A stretch of 64,000 bases of DNA from Leptolyngbyaceae cyanobacterium (GCA_965263355.1 CBDHHL010000056.1:1-64000), one strand, 5' to 3'. Positions 40,212 to 53,674 are shown, counted from the stretch's first letter. Translations and numbers: made by a program. Notes: generated by a model not told the origin, from the sequence alone.

Positions 40212-40660
40212 GAAACCTATGGCAAACTGCATCGCCCAGAATAGCGGGTTGTGACTCTAATTCCTGTAGACATTAGGATACTTAAAGATATGGCCTAAAG
40301 TCGCGTATCGTTCGGTAGGCTTAGAAGTCTTGTGGAGTAGGTTCTCTACAAAACTAACCCTCGTTTAAAAGACAACTATCCAATAGATCCATAAATAAGT
40401 CGCTAGCCAGAACAGTGGATCAGCTAGTATTTCAAATAAATCTAAAACGAAAAGAACTCCCCGAAATAGTTGACAGGTTGATTTATTCATCATGGTCTCC
40501 GCTTTTAAATAAGACGGTGAGTGGTGAGCTTATCCTGAGTATTCGACTGAGCCCAGGCCAACGTCTTTTGGAAGGGGGTGAGTATTGGGACAACCTACTA
40601 GCAATCGACAGAGATTTCCATCGATTGCTAGAGAAATTCTCGCAGACCTGTTAGCCGAGA

Positions 40661-42883
<2,223 letters not shown>

Positions 42884-42931
42884 CTAGCTAATGCAAGGTT
42901 GAGCAGACAACTTTGCTTGACTTGCTCTTAT

Positions 42932-42948
42932 ATTAGAATAATTCTAAT
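42932..42948. promoter_or_regulatory. PerR/Fur-family operator upstream of katG
   Basis: Perfect palindrome ATTAGAAT-A-ATTCTAAT, close to the Per box TTATAATnATTATAA. Confidence 0.7.
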
Positions 42949-43271
42949 TTAGGGTTTAGTCAGTTATGATAACTATTGTTAAGAGCTGAAGTTGTCATGA
43001 CCTAAACGGAGCGCTTACAGGAAAATCTGGTTGTCTGCTCCTGACATTGCAGGGCACCCTCAAGGGGATTTTGCCCCTACGGGATTGTCCTTTTTTAACT
43101 GGGTTTACTAATTTTGGAGGGTTAGGGGCAGATTCGAACGGATTAAACCGCCTGTTTACGTCTTTAACAGATTAAGCTGACCTACTTAATACTTCCAAAG
43201 TGTTGTTGAATTGAATCTATTGAAATCGCGGATACTCTTCGGTGAACCACTGTCTTACTCAGGTAGAGAAT

Positions 43272-43832
43272 TCAGGCAGAGAGCATTGTCCGCCACATGT
43301 GCATCAGCATGGCGGTCTGTTCAGGCTTCTTGGCCTCCGGGTTAATATAGTTCAACATTGTCTCCGCATTAGAAACCACGGGCATGGTTTCAAAGCCCTC
43401 TCTTTCGACAAACATTTTTTTAATTACCCCGTCTTGAACCAGCATAGAATAGCGCCAAGAGCGTTGTCCCATACCTTTATCAAATAGGTTTACCATCATC
43501 CCCATCTGGCGGGTAAAGTCACCGTTTACATCGGGGATAAACCGCACCTGATCGGCACCTTCTTCTTGAGCCCACGCTGCTAGCGAGAACGGATCATTTA
43601 CCGAAATGCAAAGAATGTCATCCACACCGTTGGCTCGAAATACGCTGGCGTATTTGTTGTAGCCTAATAGTTGAATAGGAGAATACGGACAGGTAAAGGC
43701 TCCTGTTACTGCAAATGCCACCACAGTTTTGTGCTCAAAGAGATCCGCTGTTGAAAGATCGTACCAACTCGCCTTTGTAACTATCCGAAAGGTTGCTGGA
43801 GGAACCCGCTGGCCTTCACGGTTGAACAACAT
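43272..43832 (-). CDS. Type II (Prx5-like) peroxiredoxin homologue with altered active site
   Basis: CISVNDPF, PDVNGDFT, RSWRYSMLV present; GAFTCPYS replaces GAFTPTCS. Confidence 0.85.
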   Translation of the reverse strand: MLFNREGQRVPPATFRIVTKASWYDLSTADLFEHKTVVAFAVTGAFTCPYSPIQLLGYNKYASVFRANGVDDILCISVNDPFSLAAWAQEEGADQVRFIPDVNGDFTRQMGMMVNLFDKGMGQRSWRYSMLVQDGVIKKMFVEREGFETMPVVSNAETMLNYINPEAKKPEQTAMLMHMWRTMLSA

Positions 43833-44223
43833 TTTCTCAGCTCCTTACTTGTGTTCAATACCTACTCGTATTGAGTGTCAACGCCTAATTAAGAGCTTGA
43901 TGGGTAGCGATACTTCCTTAAGGTTCAAAGGTATTTGCCCTACTACGTTTCAAAGAGATCGTGGCAGGTCACTATAGAACCCAAGCCTATGCATTGAGTT
44001 ATATTGATTACGAGTTTGTATACTGCAAGGCTAATCAATCAAATAGATTTTTGCATTTCAAAAATGAGATTGTTTTGCAACACTTAACATCTCGATAAAA
44101 TACGAAATATTCGGCCCTAGGATTTTCGAGGGTATAAAAGATTTTCAATAACTATAACCTGCACAATCCAAATACTATGGTCATGAGCCATGTATTCGAC
44201 TGTGACTCACACCCGCTAACACC

Positions 44224-44868
44224 TTAAGCAACAACTCCAACCTCGCTGTTAAACTCAGACGTCAAAATTGCCATGCCAGTCTTCACTGCCGGACGGGTTT
44301 CCATCGTCTCAACCCAATGCTGCACATGAGAAAACTCAGTCAAGGATACATCCAAATAAGACGTTGTTGCTGCAGCAACCCAGGGGTAAGTCGCAATATC
44401 AGCAATTGAATAATCCCCAGCAATATACTCATGATCCACCAGCTGGCCATCTAGAACACCAAGTAGGCGAAGGGTCTCCTTTTGATATCGCTCAATCGCA
44501 TAGGGTAGTTTTTCAGGCGCAAAATTTTTGAAATGACCAAATTGACCAAACATGGGACCCACACTGGCCATTTGGAACATCAGCCATTCCATCACGCCCG
44601 CCCGTGCTGCTGGTTCCGTCGGTAACAGTTTGCCAGTTTTCTCAGCCAGATAGATTAAAATCGCACCGGACTCGAACACTTTAATATCGGCCTCACGGTC
44701 GATGATGGCTGGAATCTTACTATTAGGATTAATAGCCACATATTCAGGGGAGAACTGGTCCCCCTTACCAATGTGAATTTCGTGAATTGTGTAAGGTAAA
44801 CCCAGCTCTTCGAGAATGATGGCGGGTTTGCGACCATTGGGGGTAGTGAATGTGTAAAAGTCAATCAT
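44224..44868 (-). CDS. Glutathione S-transferase (YfcG-like)
   Basis: TPNGRK, INPNSKIPAI, FESGAIL, YSIADIA. Confidence 0.92.
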   Translation of the reverse strand: MIDFYTFTTPNGRKPAIILEELGLPYTIHEIHIGKGDQFSPEYVAINPNSKIPAIIDREADIKVFESGAILIYLAEKTGKLLPTEPAARAGVMEWLMFQMASVGPMFGQFGHFKNFAPEKLPYAIERYQKETLRLLGVLDGQLVDHEYIAGDYSIADIATYPWVAAATTSYLDVSLTEFSHVQHWVETMETRPAVKTGMAILTSEFNSEVGVVA

Positions 44869-45074
44869 GAGCAAACTCCACGTTGTTTTCTTTGTTTGAA
44901 GCTTTAACCAGCATCAAATTATAAGGAAAAATAGTTTTCAGCAAGTGGCAGGTCGGGGCACAGGAGCCCGTGCCCCAAGCGATCGGTTACATTTCAGGGA
45001 CAACCAGGTCACCTTTGGCCCAGGCGGCATCAGCATTTGCTTTCATGGTGATTTCGTCGAATCTATGTAGTATG

Positions 45075-46049
45075 CTAGCTAGCCCAAGGGCCAGTTTTCT
45101 CTAGAAAAGGGGACTGTTCTGGAGCAGACCAACTTAATGGAAGGCTACCTTCAACGTATATCCCTCGATGGAGATAGAATTTGAACAGGCGTTCGGCACC
45201 GGGATAGCGAGCAATGTCAGGATCGCCATCCCAAATAACTTCGGCCCGTCCAGTCAGATACAACAGATTGCCCTTTGCAAAATCAATGAACAGTAATCCG
45301 GCGTGAGGATTGACTTCAATATTACCAAATGTATTAAAGATACAGTTGCCTGCAAGGTCAGGTATTGTCAGGGTATTGCCATCGACGCCCACAAAACCGG
45401 GGACTCCCCCTCGATGGGAAACATCGACACCGTTGGTGACATCAGCCTCGTTATCCAGGTAGGCTGTGGTAATGAAAAGAGTGTCTGCTGCCGTGATAAC
45501 ATCACGTTTCACGTTATCCAGCATAGTGAAGGCATAGACAGGCTTGGCAGTAGTGCTATCAAAATTTTGAAGATTGAACTGCCGTGCCTGGATGTATTTG
45601 GGACAGTTGCCAAAGGTTTGCTCCACCGCCACAGAAAAGCCATCTGGTGTGATTTCACTCACTATTCCATTGACCCGGTTACGACGACGTGTGTGGAGTT
45701 CGATGCCGAGGAAACCAACCTTACTACCGACAGCGAGATTCTTGGTTAGAGGGTCGCCAAAGAGTGGCTGGGCTGCAATGTGAAGTGTACGATCGTCCGG
45801 TGTGGAGATAAATCCAGGGTCGCCAACCAGAATCGATGCCCAAGGATTACCCTCTGCATCGACCGTGCCGACCAGAAAATGGGGAAGTTGAGCGTAAAAT
45901 TGGCGATGTTGCTCAGGTAAGAACTGACGAATTACTTTCCGTCCTACCGCTTCCATGCGATCGCGCGCGCCCAACCTTGTTTGCACAGCTTGTTCTCCTG
46001 GGTGAAACGGAGATTCATCTTTTTGCCAACCGGGAATGGCCATAATCAT
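45075..46049 (-). CDS. Pyridoxamine 5'-phosphate oxidase-like flavin-binding protein (tandem domains)
   Basis: FHPGEQAVQ, RRRNRVNG, FGNCPKYIQAR, DVSHRGG. Confidence 0.88.
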   Translation of the reverse strand: MIMAIPGWQKDESPFHPGEQAVQTRLGARDRMEAVGRKVIRQFLPEQHRQFYAQLPHFLVGTVDAEGNPWASILVGDPGFISTPDDRTLHIAAQPLFGDPLTKNLAVGSKVGFLGIELHTRRRNRVNGIVSEITPDGFSVAVEQTFGNCPKYIQARQFNLQNFDSTTAKPVYAFTMLDNVKRDVITAADTLFITTAYLDNEADVTNGVDVSHRGGVPGFVGVDGNTLTIPDLAGNCIFNTFGNIEVNPHAGLLFIDFAKGNLLYLTGRAEVIWDGDPDIARYPGAERLFKFYLHRGIYVEGSLPLSWSAPEQSPFLEKTGPWAS

Positions 46050-46123
46050 TAAGCTCCTGCGATAAAATAGGAGAGTTCTAGCAAGCGTCCTGCCTGGGCA
46101 AGACATTTACGCATCCACTGATG

Positions 46124-46525
46124 CTAACTACCAGGGGCCATCAGTTCCAAGCGGATACCACCGGGAATGTAAGCCATCAAATGTTGAGAAGGGCCACCGC
46201 TCGAAAGCTCAGGTGGAAATTCAATACTGACACCCTCAGTTTTAATCAGGGTTTGATAAATGCTATTAAGGGTATCTATGTCTGTTACCTTCAGCGCAAG
46301 ATGGTGTAGCCCAATGTTATTTTTCCGATCAAAGGGGATAGCGCTATCCGGGTCGGTGGCTTGCCAGAGGGTTATAAATACAGTGCCGTCTGAAACAAAA
46401 TAGGCTGGGTATTCAGGTCGTTCACCCACTTGCTTGAATTCCAGTACGTTCACGAAAAAATCTCGGGTAGTGTCAATGCTAGGAACAGTGAGGCCAATGT
46501 GATGAGCACCTTGGGTAATTGCCAT
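46124..46525 (-). CDS. VOC/glyoxalase family protein
   Basis: HHIGLTV, GLHHLAL, GGIRLE. Confidence 0.9.
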   Translation of the reverse strand: MAITQGAHHIGLTVPSIDTTRDFFVNVLEFKQVGERPEYPAYFVSDGTVFITLWQATDPDSAIPFDRKNNIGLHHLALKVTDIDTLNSIYQTLIKTEGVSIEFPPELSSGGPSQHLMAYIPGGIRLELMAPGS

Positions 46526-46617
46526 GGAACAACTCCTTTAGTGAAAAAACAAACTAAGCCTGGAAACAGATTAAAAAGGGTGGTTACTCAAGATATTGCG
46601 GTAGCAACCACTGGTAT

Positions 46618-46637
46618 TGTACCAAACGGTCGGTTCA
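46618..46637. promoter_or_regulatory. Probable TetR-family operator between divergent genes
   Basis: Imperfect palindrome TGTACCAAAC-GGTCGGTTCA. Confidence 0.5.
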
Positions 46638-46672
46638 CTCCGATGAAAAAACTATATCGATGGTTTGATAGA

Positions 46673-47251
46673 ATGTCAACAGTTCAATCCAAAAATGCTG
46701 AAATGCCCAAAGAGGACTACGTTCCGATCTTATTTTCACTGTTTCGCCAGTACGGTTATGACGGAGCTACACTCTCTAAAATTTCAGCGGCAACTGGATT
46801 AGGTAAGGCCAGTCTCTACCACCACTTCCCTGGTGGGAAAGAGGACATGGTGGCATCAGTGCTGGACCATTCTGACTGCTGGTTAAAAGAAAAGGTGCTG
46901 CCACTTTTGGCTGGTGAAGGGAGTCCCCAAGCACGTTTGCAGGAGATGTGCGATCGCATCCATGAACTCTATGTAGGCGGTACCCAGCCTTGTTTGACAG
47001 CGATTTTGGCAGCAGGCACAGGACGTGATCTGTTTCACGATAGGGTTAAGGCTTTATTGACAGCCTGGATTGGAGCCATTGCCGATGTCTTAGTTGAGTC
47101 GGGTTTTGATAAAGATCTGGCCCTAAAACGTGGCCAGGATGCACTGATCGCGATTCAGGGAGCATTGATAATATCTCAAAATCTGGATGATGCTTCTCTC
47201 TTTCAGCGAACAATACAGCAGTTACCCCAGGTCTTGTTGCACACTGAGTAA
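46673..47251 (+). CDS. TetR/AcrR family transcriptional regulator
   Basis: GYDGATLSKISAATGLGKASLYHHFPGGKE HTH; start at 46673 or 46703. Confidence 0.92.
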   Translation: MSTVQSKNAEMPKEDYVPILFSLFRQYGYDGATLSKISAATGLGKASLYHHFPGGKEDMVASVLDHSDCWLKEKVLPLLAGEGSPQARLQEMCDRIHELYVGGTQPCLTAILAAGTGRDLFHDRVKALLTAWIGAIADVLVESGFDKDLALKRGQDALIAIQGALIISQNLDDASLFQRTIQQLPQVLLHTE

Positions 47252-47350
47252 GAAATTAAGTAGTGGGAGAAAGTATGCTTTCTTTTTTTACAATTACTCA
47301 AGCTATTTGATTTACATTTAGTTGATTGGGATGTTTGTTATAGGCTTGAC

Positions 47351-47758
47351 TCAATTTTTACGGTTCTCATATATCTCATTAGCGAAATCTAAAAGCTCAC
47401 TATTAAGCTCAAATAGTTTATGTTCAATTTCGTTTTTTAGTTTGCTAGAGTCATATCCACCACAAATTTCAATCGAGTATGTTTTACCATCGCTATTAAT
47501 TTTAATTGTGGAGGACCCAAAATCATCCCACCCGCTAACGTAGCTCTCCTTTAACAGGTCAAGCTTTCCAGAGGTGATTACATTAAAGATTTTCTCAAAT
47601 AAATCCTCTGCCAATACGTCACCAGCCTCACAAATACCTGGAAACGCTTTAATGGAATAGCTCAGATTTCCATTCTCATCCATCGATAGATTACCCGACA
47701 GTAATCTACCGGTAAAACCTTCGTGAAAGCTAAATCCGAATATCTCTTTAGGACGCAT
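47351..47758 (-). CDS. Hypothetical protein
   Basis: 135-aa AT-rich ORF with no recognisable motif. Confidence 0.6.
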   Translation of the reverse strand: MRPKEIFGFSFHEGFTGRLLSGNLSMDENGNLSYSIKAFPGICEAGDVLAEDLFEKIFNVITSGKLDLLKESYVSGWDDFGSSTIKINSDGKTYSIEICGGYDSSKLKNEIEHKLFELNSELLDFANEIYENRKN

Positions 47759-47791
47759 ATTTCACTTATTTTGCCTGTGCGGGGCTATGCG

Positions 47792-48154
47792 CTACCGTCG
47801 ATTTTTAATATATGACCTTTTCGACTTTATCTTTCCGTTTTCAAAGGTAAATAGGTCACAGCCATCAACATCCATTTTGGTACCGTCTTTTCTTGTGCCG
47901 ACAATTGTCCATTCTGAACAGCCATAGTTGTCTTGGGAAAAATGGATAGCATTTTCAAATCGTACATCTGGAATGTCTGTCCAGACTTCTATAAATCTTT
48001 CCCTCACGGCATCGTAGCCTTCATATCGAGTGCCAAATCTCTCCGGACCACCGCCAGGTTCAAACACACAATCTTCCGTCATAAATGCCATGATTTTATC
48101 GATATCGTGCTGATTCCATGCATCACTGTAGTCTTGCAACTCTTTCTTATTCAT
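47792..48154 (-). CDS. SnoaL-like / NTF2 family protein
   Basis: AWNQHDIDKIMAFMTEDCVF, GCDLFTFENGKI. Confidence 0.88.
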   Translation of the reverse strand: MNKKELQDYSDAWNQHDIDKIMAFMTEDCVFEPGGGPERFGTRYEGYDAVRERFIEVWTDIPDVRFENAIHFSQDNYGCSEWTIVGTRKDGTKMDVDGCDLFTFENGKIKSKRSYIKNRR

Positions 48155-48247
48155 GGTTCTTTATAAGTATCCATAAGGGGCACTGGCTGTAAGTATCCTA
48201 TCGGGCAAAACAGATCCTAAACAAAACAGTCCAAGGGTAGGCAAATG

Positions 48248-48778
48248 TTAGGCAATAAACGATGCGTTGACGTCTGTCACCATCACCAGATCCCGCTGCG
48301 GATCGCTACCGAATTGAAATATATGCTCACCCACAACGCTGAATCCGTACTTGCCGTAAAAAGCAATGGCCCTTGGGTTGTGTTCCCAAACGCCAAGCCA
48401 GAGAGCGTCTGCTGGAGCAGACGCTGCTGTGGATAGGATCTGAGCCATAATTTTATGCGCTAACCCTCGGCCATGCCACTCTTTTGAAACATACAGCCGA
48501 TGAAGTTCTGAGGGATGGTTGGCAGAAACACAGTCTTTGGGTGAGTACAGCCGAACCTGTGCAAAGGCGACTAACTGGCTATCTACCTCAGCCAAAATTG
48601 TGGCACAGTTGGGATCTAGAATCTCCTGCCGTTGAATCTCCGCACCAAAGTTCTTTGCACAGTGGAGTGCCATATCGGTGGGGTTGTTTCCCGTGGTAAA
48701 CGTCTCTCGAAATGTATGCTCGGCTAAATAAGCTAGGGCCTCCGAGTCGTCTAGATGTGCTCGCCTGATAGTAGTCAT
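48248..48778 (-). CDS. GNAT acetyltransferase (PaiA-like)
   Basis: ELHRLYV, HGRGLA, LWLGVWEHNPRAIAFY. Confidence 0.9.
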   Translation of the reverse strand: MTTIRRAHLDDSEALAYLAEHTFRETFTTGNNPTDMALHCAKNFGAEIQRQEILDPNCATILAEVDSQLVAFAQVRLYSPKDCVSANHPSELHRLYVSKEWHGRGLAHKIMAQILSTAASAPADALWLGVWEHNPRAIAFYGKYGFSVVGEHIFQFGSDPQRDLVMVTDVNASFIA

Positions 48779-49318
48779 AAGGATTGAATTTTCCAACGTT
48801 ACAAATAGTTTGGACTAATGGAAACAAACCCTTGTAAGTTTCAAGACCTCCTAAATTACATGGTTTGTATAATTTTTAGAGCTTGTTAAGAATGATATTT
48901 AAACTCTTTAGAGAAGCTTTTAAGGTAACGTAGCGTAGAATTTTGGTGAGGAGTTTAAAGGTGTTGCTTGGGGTCCTTTCGAGTTCCCCAAACCCCCTGA
49001 GCAGGGCCGGTACGCTGCCCTACAACCCAGCGTACTGAGTTATCTCAAATAGCATAGGTTTGGAGGTACGGCGACGTTAATTATATAGGTTCTGGACTGG
49101 TTGTTACAAACCATTTAGGGGATAAACCTCAAATCATGTATCTCAATTAGACATAGTGGGGATTTTCCAAGTTTGGTGGGACACAACTCAAAGCCCCCAA
49201 ACTATAGCCTAAGGGGCATTTAAGCAAGGGGGATTTGGGGGCCTGAACATTTTTTAGCTACGTTGGCAGCAGATCACCCATAGAAATTATCTTTCGGTGA
49301 AAGCATCACCCTTGCCTG

Positions 49319-49393
49319 TTAAACCTGTTCCACCTCCAGAACAGCCGGTTTCCCGTAAATGAAACTACAGGGTTCAACTTGGACGTGGTTTAA
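49319..49393 (+). repeat. 75-bp dispersed repeat, copy A
   Basis: TTAAACC...CCACCTCCAGA...AACTTGGACGTGGTTTAA. Confidence 0.8.
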
Positions 49394-49453
49394 GGGAAAC
49401 ACAAACGCTGGTGATGCTTCAAAAAGATGGCTGCTTAGCTGTTCAGTTCTCAT

Positions 49454-49936
49454 CTACTGCAACAAACTGCGCAACATCCACGCATTTTTCTCGTGAATCT
49501 GTAGCCGCTGGGTCAATAGATCAGCGGTGGGTTCATCATTGGCCTCATCGGCGATCGCAAATACCTCACGGGCTGTGCGGGCAACGGTTTCTTGACCTTC
49601 TACCAACAGAGCAATCATCTCTTCTGCAGTGGGGACTCCCTCAGTTTCACTAATGGAGCTGAGTTTGGCATATTCGCTATAGGTGCCAGGGGCAGGGAAC
49701 CCAAGGGCACGGATGCGCTCTGCGATCGCATCCACCGCCAGGGCCAGTTCATTGTACTGAGTTTCAAACATGAGATGCAATGTTTGGAACATTGGCCCCG
49801 TTACGTTCCAGTGAAAATTGTGAGTTTTGAGATAAAGCGTGTAGGTATCCGCCAAAGCACGGGATAAACCATCGGCAATCGCCTGCCGATGGTCGTCACT
49901 GATACCGATGTTGATAGGAAGAGTTGACGTAGACAT
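49454..49936 (-). CDS. dps: Dps family ferritin-like DNA protection protein
   Basis: [35 protein letters not shown]. Confidence 0.95.
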   Translation of the reverse strand: MSTSTLPINIGISDDHRQAIADGLSRALADTYTLYLKTHNFHWNVTGPMFQTLHLMFETQYNELALAVDAIAERIRALGFPAPGTYSEYAKLSSISETEGVPTAEEMIALLVEGQETVARTAREVFAIADEANDEPTADLLTQRLQIHEKNAWMLRSLLQ

Positions 49937-50095
49937 GACTAGTCTCCTTTTAGTAAGAGGGTGAGCCTTTTGATAAACCGCAGCGATAAACAATTTAGTG
50001 CAGCTCAGCAATTATAGATATCAGAAACTTGCCTGGCTGTATTTTATGGACACCTTAATCATACTCATAACGACTTCGACTTGCAATATTTTTTA

Positions 50096-50170
50096 TTAGA
50101 CCTTGTTTACGTCCAGACCTGTTGTTTTGCCATAGAGAACATTGCAGGTTTCACCTTGGACATGGTTTAG
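50096..50170 (+). repeat. 75-bp dispersed repeat, copy B
   Basis: TTAGACC...ACGTCCAGA...CTTGGACATGGTTTAG. Confidence 0.75.
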
Positions 50171-50188
50171 TTCGAGTGCAGCAAAAAC

Positions 50189-52075
50189 ATGACTGGCTAT
50201 GCCTATAGGACAGACCTAAAACTCCAACAAATTACCAACACAGTTGATCGGGGTTTGGGCTATGGTTTGAAAGTTGCTGTAGATGGGCGTATGGTTTTGG
50301 CTGATTGGCGATTGGGAGGTCATTCCCTGGGTAAACGAGCAGTACTCATTGCTTTTGGACTGTTAGCTGTCATGTCCGGTGACGCCTATGCCCAGGCACC
50401 GCTCAACCCTGACATTCAGATTGGTCTGGTGCAGCGGTTTGGTGAAGAGACGGGCGACAAACTTGTGCTTACGCCCTTGGGCGGAGACACCTTAACGGTA
50501 ACCTTTGAAACGGGGGGACAGCCCCAAGCTATTACGACCCAGGCGCTGACCCTGGAGGTGGGATCTGAGCCCCTGGACCAGCCTATTTTGCAAGAGTGGG
50601 TGGTATTGAGCAGCCACCGCAGTTTTGAAAGTGCAGAAGAGAGTGCCAATCAATGGCAAGCAAAGGGGATTGAAGCAGAGGTGGCCCAACCCAGTTCCTG
50701 GCAAGTGTGGGCTAAACGAGAAAATTACAATACGCCCCTGCTGCGCCGACTGTTGTTAGAAAGTTTGCATGAGGCCGGTCATACCAATACATTTATCGAT
50801 AGCCGTGTGCTCACCGAATCTCCTAGAGCTGCGTTTATCGCTAATGGCTATCGGTACAATCGTCATGCCTTTAGAATCACCAGTGCCAATCGTCGAGTAC
50901 ACATTGCTGAAAATGGTGGCTCTAAAAAACTGTTTGGGGGAGACTTTAAGCTCCAGCCCAATGCCTATGGCACCTACACGCTGGTAAACCAGGTACCCAT
51001 AGAAGTGTATCTGCGCGGTGTGGTGCCCCATGAGATTGGCCCCGGTGCCCCTCAATCGGCGGTTGAAGCCCAGGCTGTTTTGGCCAGAACCTATGCGCTG
51101 CGAAATCTGCGACGGTTTGCCATTGATAACTATGAACTATGTGCCGATACCCAATGCCAGGTGTATCGCGGGTTAAGCGGTGTGGTCGCTAGGGCAGATC
51201 GTGCGATCGCAGCCACCCAAAGCCAGGTACTCACCTATAACGGCGAACTGATTGATGCCCTATATTCCTCTACCACAGGCGGAATCACGGCTCGCTTTAG
51301 TGATGTATGGAACGGATTTGACCGTCCTTATCTGCAGCCAGTGGTCGATTCCCTGGCCATTACCTGGGATCTGGCCGCACGTCCCCTATCCGATGAAAAT
51401 AACTTCCGTTCCTTTATCAATTTGAAAAATCAGTTTAATGAAGACGACTGGCCTACATTTCGTTGGCAGCGGCCTGGTACCTTAGCCAATATCACCGAAG
51501 GTGTTAAGGAATACTTGACAAACCGCAAGAATCCCATGGCGAGCCTGAAAGCTGTTACGGGGCTCACGGTAACCGAGCGGTCAGACTCAGGACGAGTACA
51601 AACCGTTCTAGTCAATACGGATATTGGTGATTTTGAACTGCACAAAAACGAAGTCGTCAGTGCCTTGATCCCACCCCGCAGCCAGCTATTTTACTTAGAG
51701 CCCTGGTATGAAGAAACTGAGCAAAAAGAGAATAATGCCAGTGGTGGTAATGCCCCAGTAACCGATGCCAACAAGACCACGACCAGTCCACCAGATGCTA
51801 AACAAACGCCACCTGTACCTGTACTCAAAGGCTATACCTTTGTCGGCGGTGGCTTTGGTCATGGTGTGGGGATGAGCCAAACAGGCTCCTATCGATTGGG
51901 AGAAAGCGGTTGGCCCTACCAGCGAATTTTGCAGTTTTACTATCCCAATACCCAGTTGCTACCCATCAGTAATGACATCGTATTTTGGCAGGAGCCTGAA
52001 ACAAAATCGGCTCCGGCTGACCTAGAAATCGAGCCAGTTACTGAGGCCGAGGAGCCAGCATTTTCCTTACCATAG
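50189..52075 (+). CDS. SpoIID/LytB domain protein
   Basis: YLRGVVPHEIG, AQAVLARTYA, CQVYRG, GFGHGVGMSQ; start uncertain. Confidence 0.92.
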   Translation: MTGYAYRTDLKLQQITNTVDRGLGYGLKVAVDGRMVLADWRLGGHSLGKRAVLIAFGLLAVMSGDAYAQAPLNPDIQIGLVQRFGEETGDKLVLTPLGGDTLTVTFETGGQPQAITTQALTLEVGSEPLDQPILQEWVVLSSHRSFESAEESANQWQAKGIEAEVAQPSSWQVWAKRENYNTPLLRRLLLESLHEAGHTNTFIDSRVLTESPRAAFIANGYRYNRHAFRITSANRRVHIAENGGSKKLFGGDFKLQPNAYGTYTLVNQVPIEVYLRGVVPHEIGPGAPQSAVEAQAVLARTYALRNLRRFAIDNYELCADTQCQVYRGLSGVVARADRAIAATQSQVLTYNGELIDALYSSTTGGITARFSDVWNGFDRPYLQPVVDSLAITWDLAARPLSDENNFRSFINLKNQFNEDDWPTFRWQRPGTLANITEGVKEYLTNRKNPMASLKAVTGLTVTERSDSGRVQTVLVNTDIGDFELHKNEVVSALIPPRSQLFYLEPWYEETEQKENNASGGNAPVTDANKTTTSPPDAKQTPPVPVLKGYTFVGGGFGHGVGMSQTGSYRLGESGWPYQRILQFYYPNTQLLPISNDIVFWQEPETKSAPADLEIEPVTEAEEPAFSLP

Positions 52076-52157
52076 GAAGCTCAAGTATCAACAAAATATT
52101 CCAGGGTATCTACAAGGGAATGCCCCTACTGCAAGGGTAATGAATTTGGATCTGGTA

Positions 52158-52232
52158 TTAAACCTTATCCGCATCCAGACCTGCAGTTTTGCCGTAGACG
52201 AAACTACAGGTTTTAACTTGGACGTGGTTTCA
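52158..52232 (+). repeat. 75-bp dispersed repeat, copy C
   Basis: TTAAACC...GCATCCAGA...AACTTGGACGTGGTTTCA. Confidence 0.8.
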
Positions 52233-52238
52233 TCCCAA

Positions 52239-52278
52239 AAAAATGAAGGGCTCTTACAACGAAGAACCCTTCATTTTT
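52239..52278. terminator. Bidirectional terminator-like hairpin
   Basis: AAAAATGAAGGG...CCCTTCATTTTT between convergent genes. Confidence 0.7.
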
Positions 52279-52302
52279 CAACTAGCAGTTGACATTAAGA
52301 GG

Positions 52303-52465
52303 CTAGTGGTCTGTCAAGCCTGAGATTTCGGATAAGACGGGTAAAGAGTAGAGAGTTTAAAGGGATGAAGAGTCACCTTTTTACCCTATAGCCCTGGGGG
52401 CATGGCTAACGCTAGCACTCTTTATCAGTGACCAACCCGAATTTTTAGCTTTGACGCCGCACTAG
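52303..52465. mobile_element. Possible 163-bp MITE
   Basis: Ends CTAGTGGTCTGTCAA / TTGACGCCGCACTAG (11/15 inverted match); similar left end CTAGTAGTCTGTCAA at ~22550. Confidence 0.45.
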
Positions 52466-52502
52466 TCTCACTAACTGATTATCGAAAACAGTCGAGATAG
52501 GC

Positions 52503-52949
<447 letters not shown>

Positions 52950-53222
52950 TTATAAATTTGGGCTACTTTTACTCAAGTTGGCTGAATGGTATTCGTAATA
53001 GGAGTAACACCTTTCCTAAGGTTTTACTTATAGATGAATAATAGTGACTTTAAAGGCTATAGAAAACTCTTCTCCACAAATGCCTTAAAACTATGATTGA
53101 TTGGTACGTAGCCTACGATACTCAAGTTAAACTATCACTAATTAATATTCTTGTTAGTTATTTTTATGTTGCTTTATATCTCTATTTATTGATAGAAATT
53201 TGAGAAATAGTTAAGGTTACTT

Positions 53223-53522
53223 CTAATAAAGTGACGCCTCTTGATGAGTCAAAATAGTGCAATTGGATGTGGGATACGCCACGCAAGTTAGTACAAAACC
53301 TGCTTCGAGTTGGTCATCTTCTAAAAAGGACTGGTCAACTTGGTCAACACTCCCCTCAGTGATTTTGCCAGTACAATTGGAACAATTGCCTGTACGACAG
53401 GAATAGGGAAGATTAAGACCCTGAGCTTCTGCAGCACTTAGAATGTAATCACTGTCAGCCACTTCAATAGTTTTATCAAGCCCTTCAGCGTTGTTTATCA
53501 GCCTAACCTTATAGCTTGCCAT
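53223..53522 (-). CDS. petF: Plant-type [2Fe-2S] ferredoxin paralogue
   Basis: [15 protein letters not shown]...VLTCVAYP. Confidence 0.92.
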   Translation of the reverse strand: MASYKVRLINNAEGLDKTIEVADSDYILSAAEAQGLNLPYSCRTGNCSNCTGKITEGSVDQVDQSFLEDDQLEAGFVLTCVAYPTSNCTILTHQEASLY

Positions 53523-53674
53523 ATTGATTCATTTATGCATAACTTTGGTGATTTTACTTCTATTAACGCTTAGTAATTCCTATTTAAGCTGCCTATGAAA
53601 TCTGCTTTAGTAAGACAGTAAGGATAGTGACGTTATTATCGTCTACTATTACTTCTTAATGCTTGTATAAAAAG

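Noticed and set aside
40415..40654. 79-aa ORF convergent with katG
   Set aside because: GTG start with no recognisable motif; cannot be supported as a gene
44061..44081. Fur-box-like AATGAGATTGTTTTGCAA upstream of the Prx-like gene
   Set aside because: Weak symmetry in AT-rich DNA
44987..45046. 19-aa mini-ORF MKANADAAWAKGDLVVPEM between the flavin-binding and GST genes
   Set aside because: Could be another gene remnant but is too short to assign without a search
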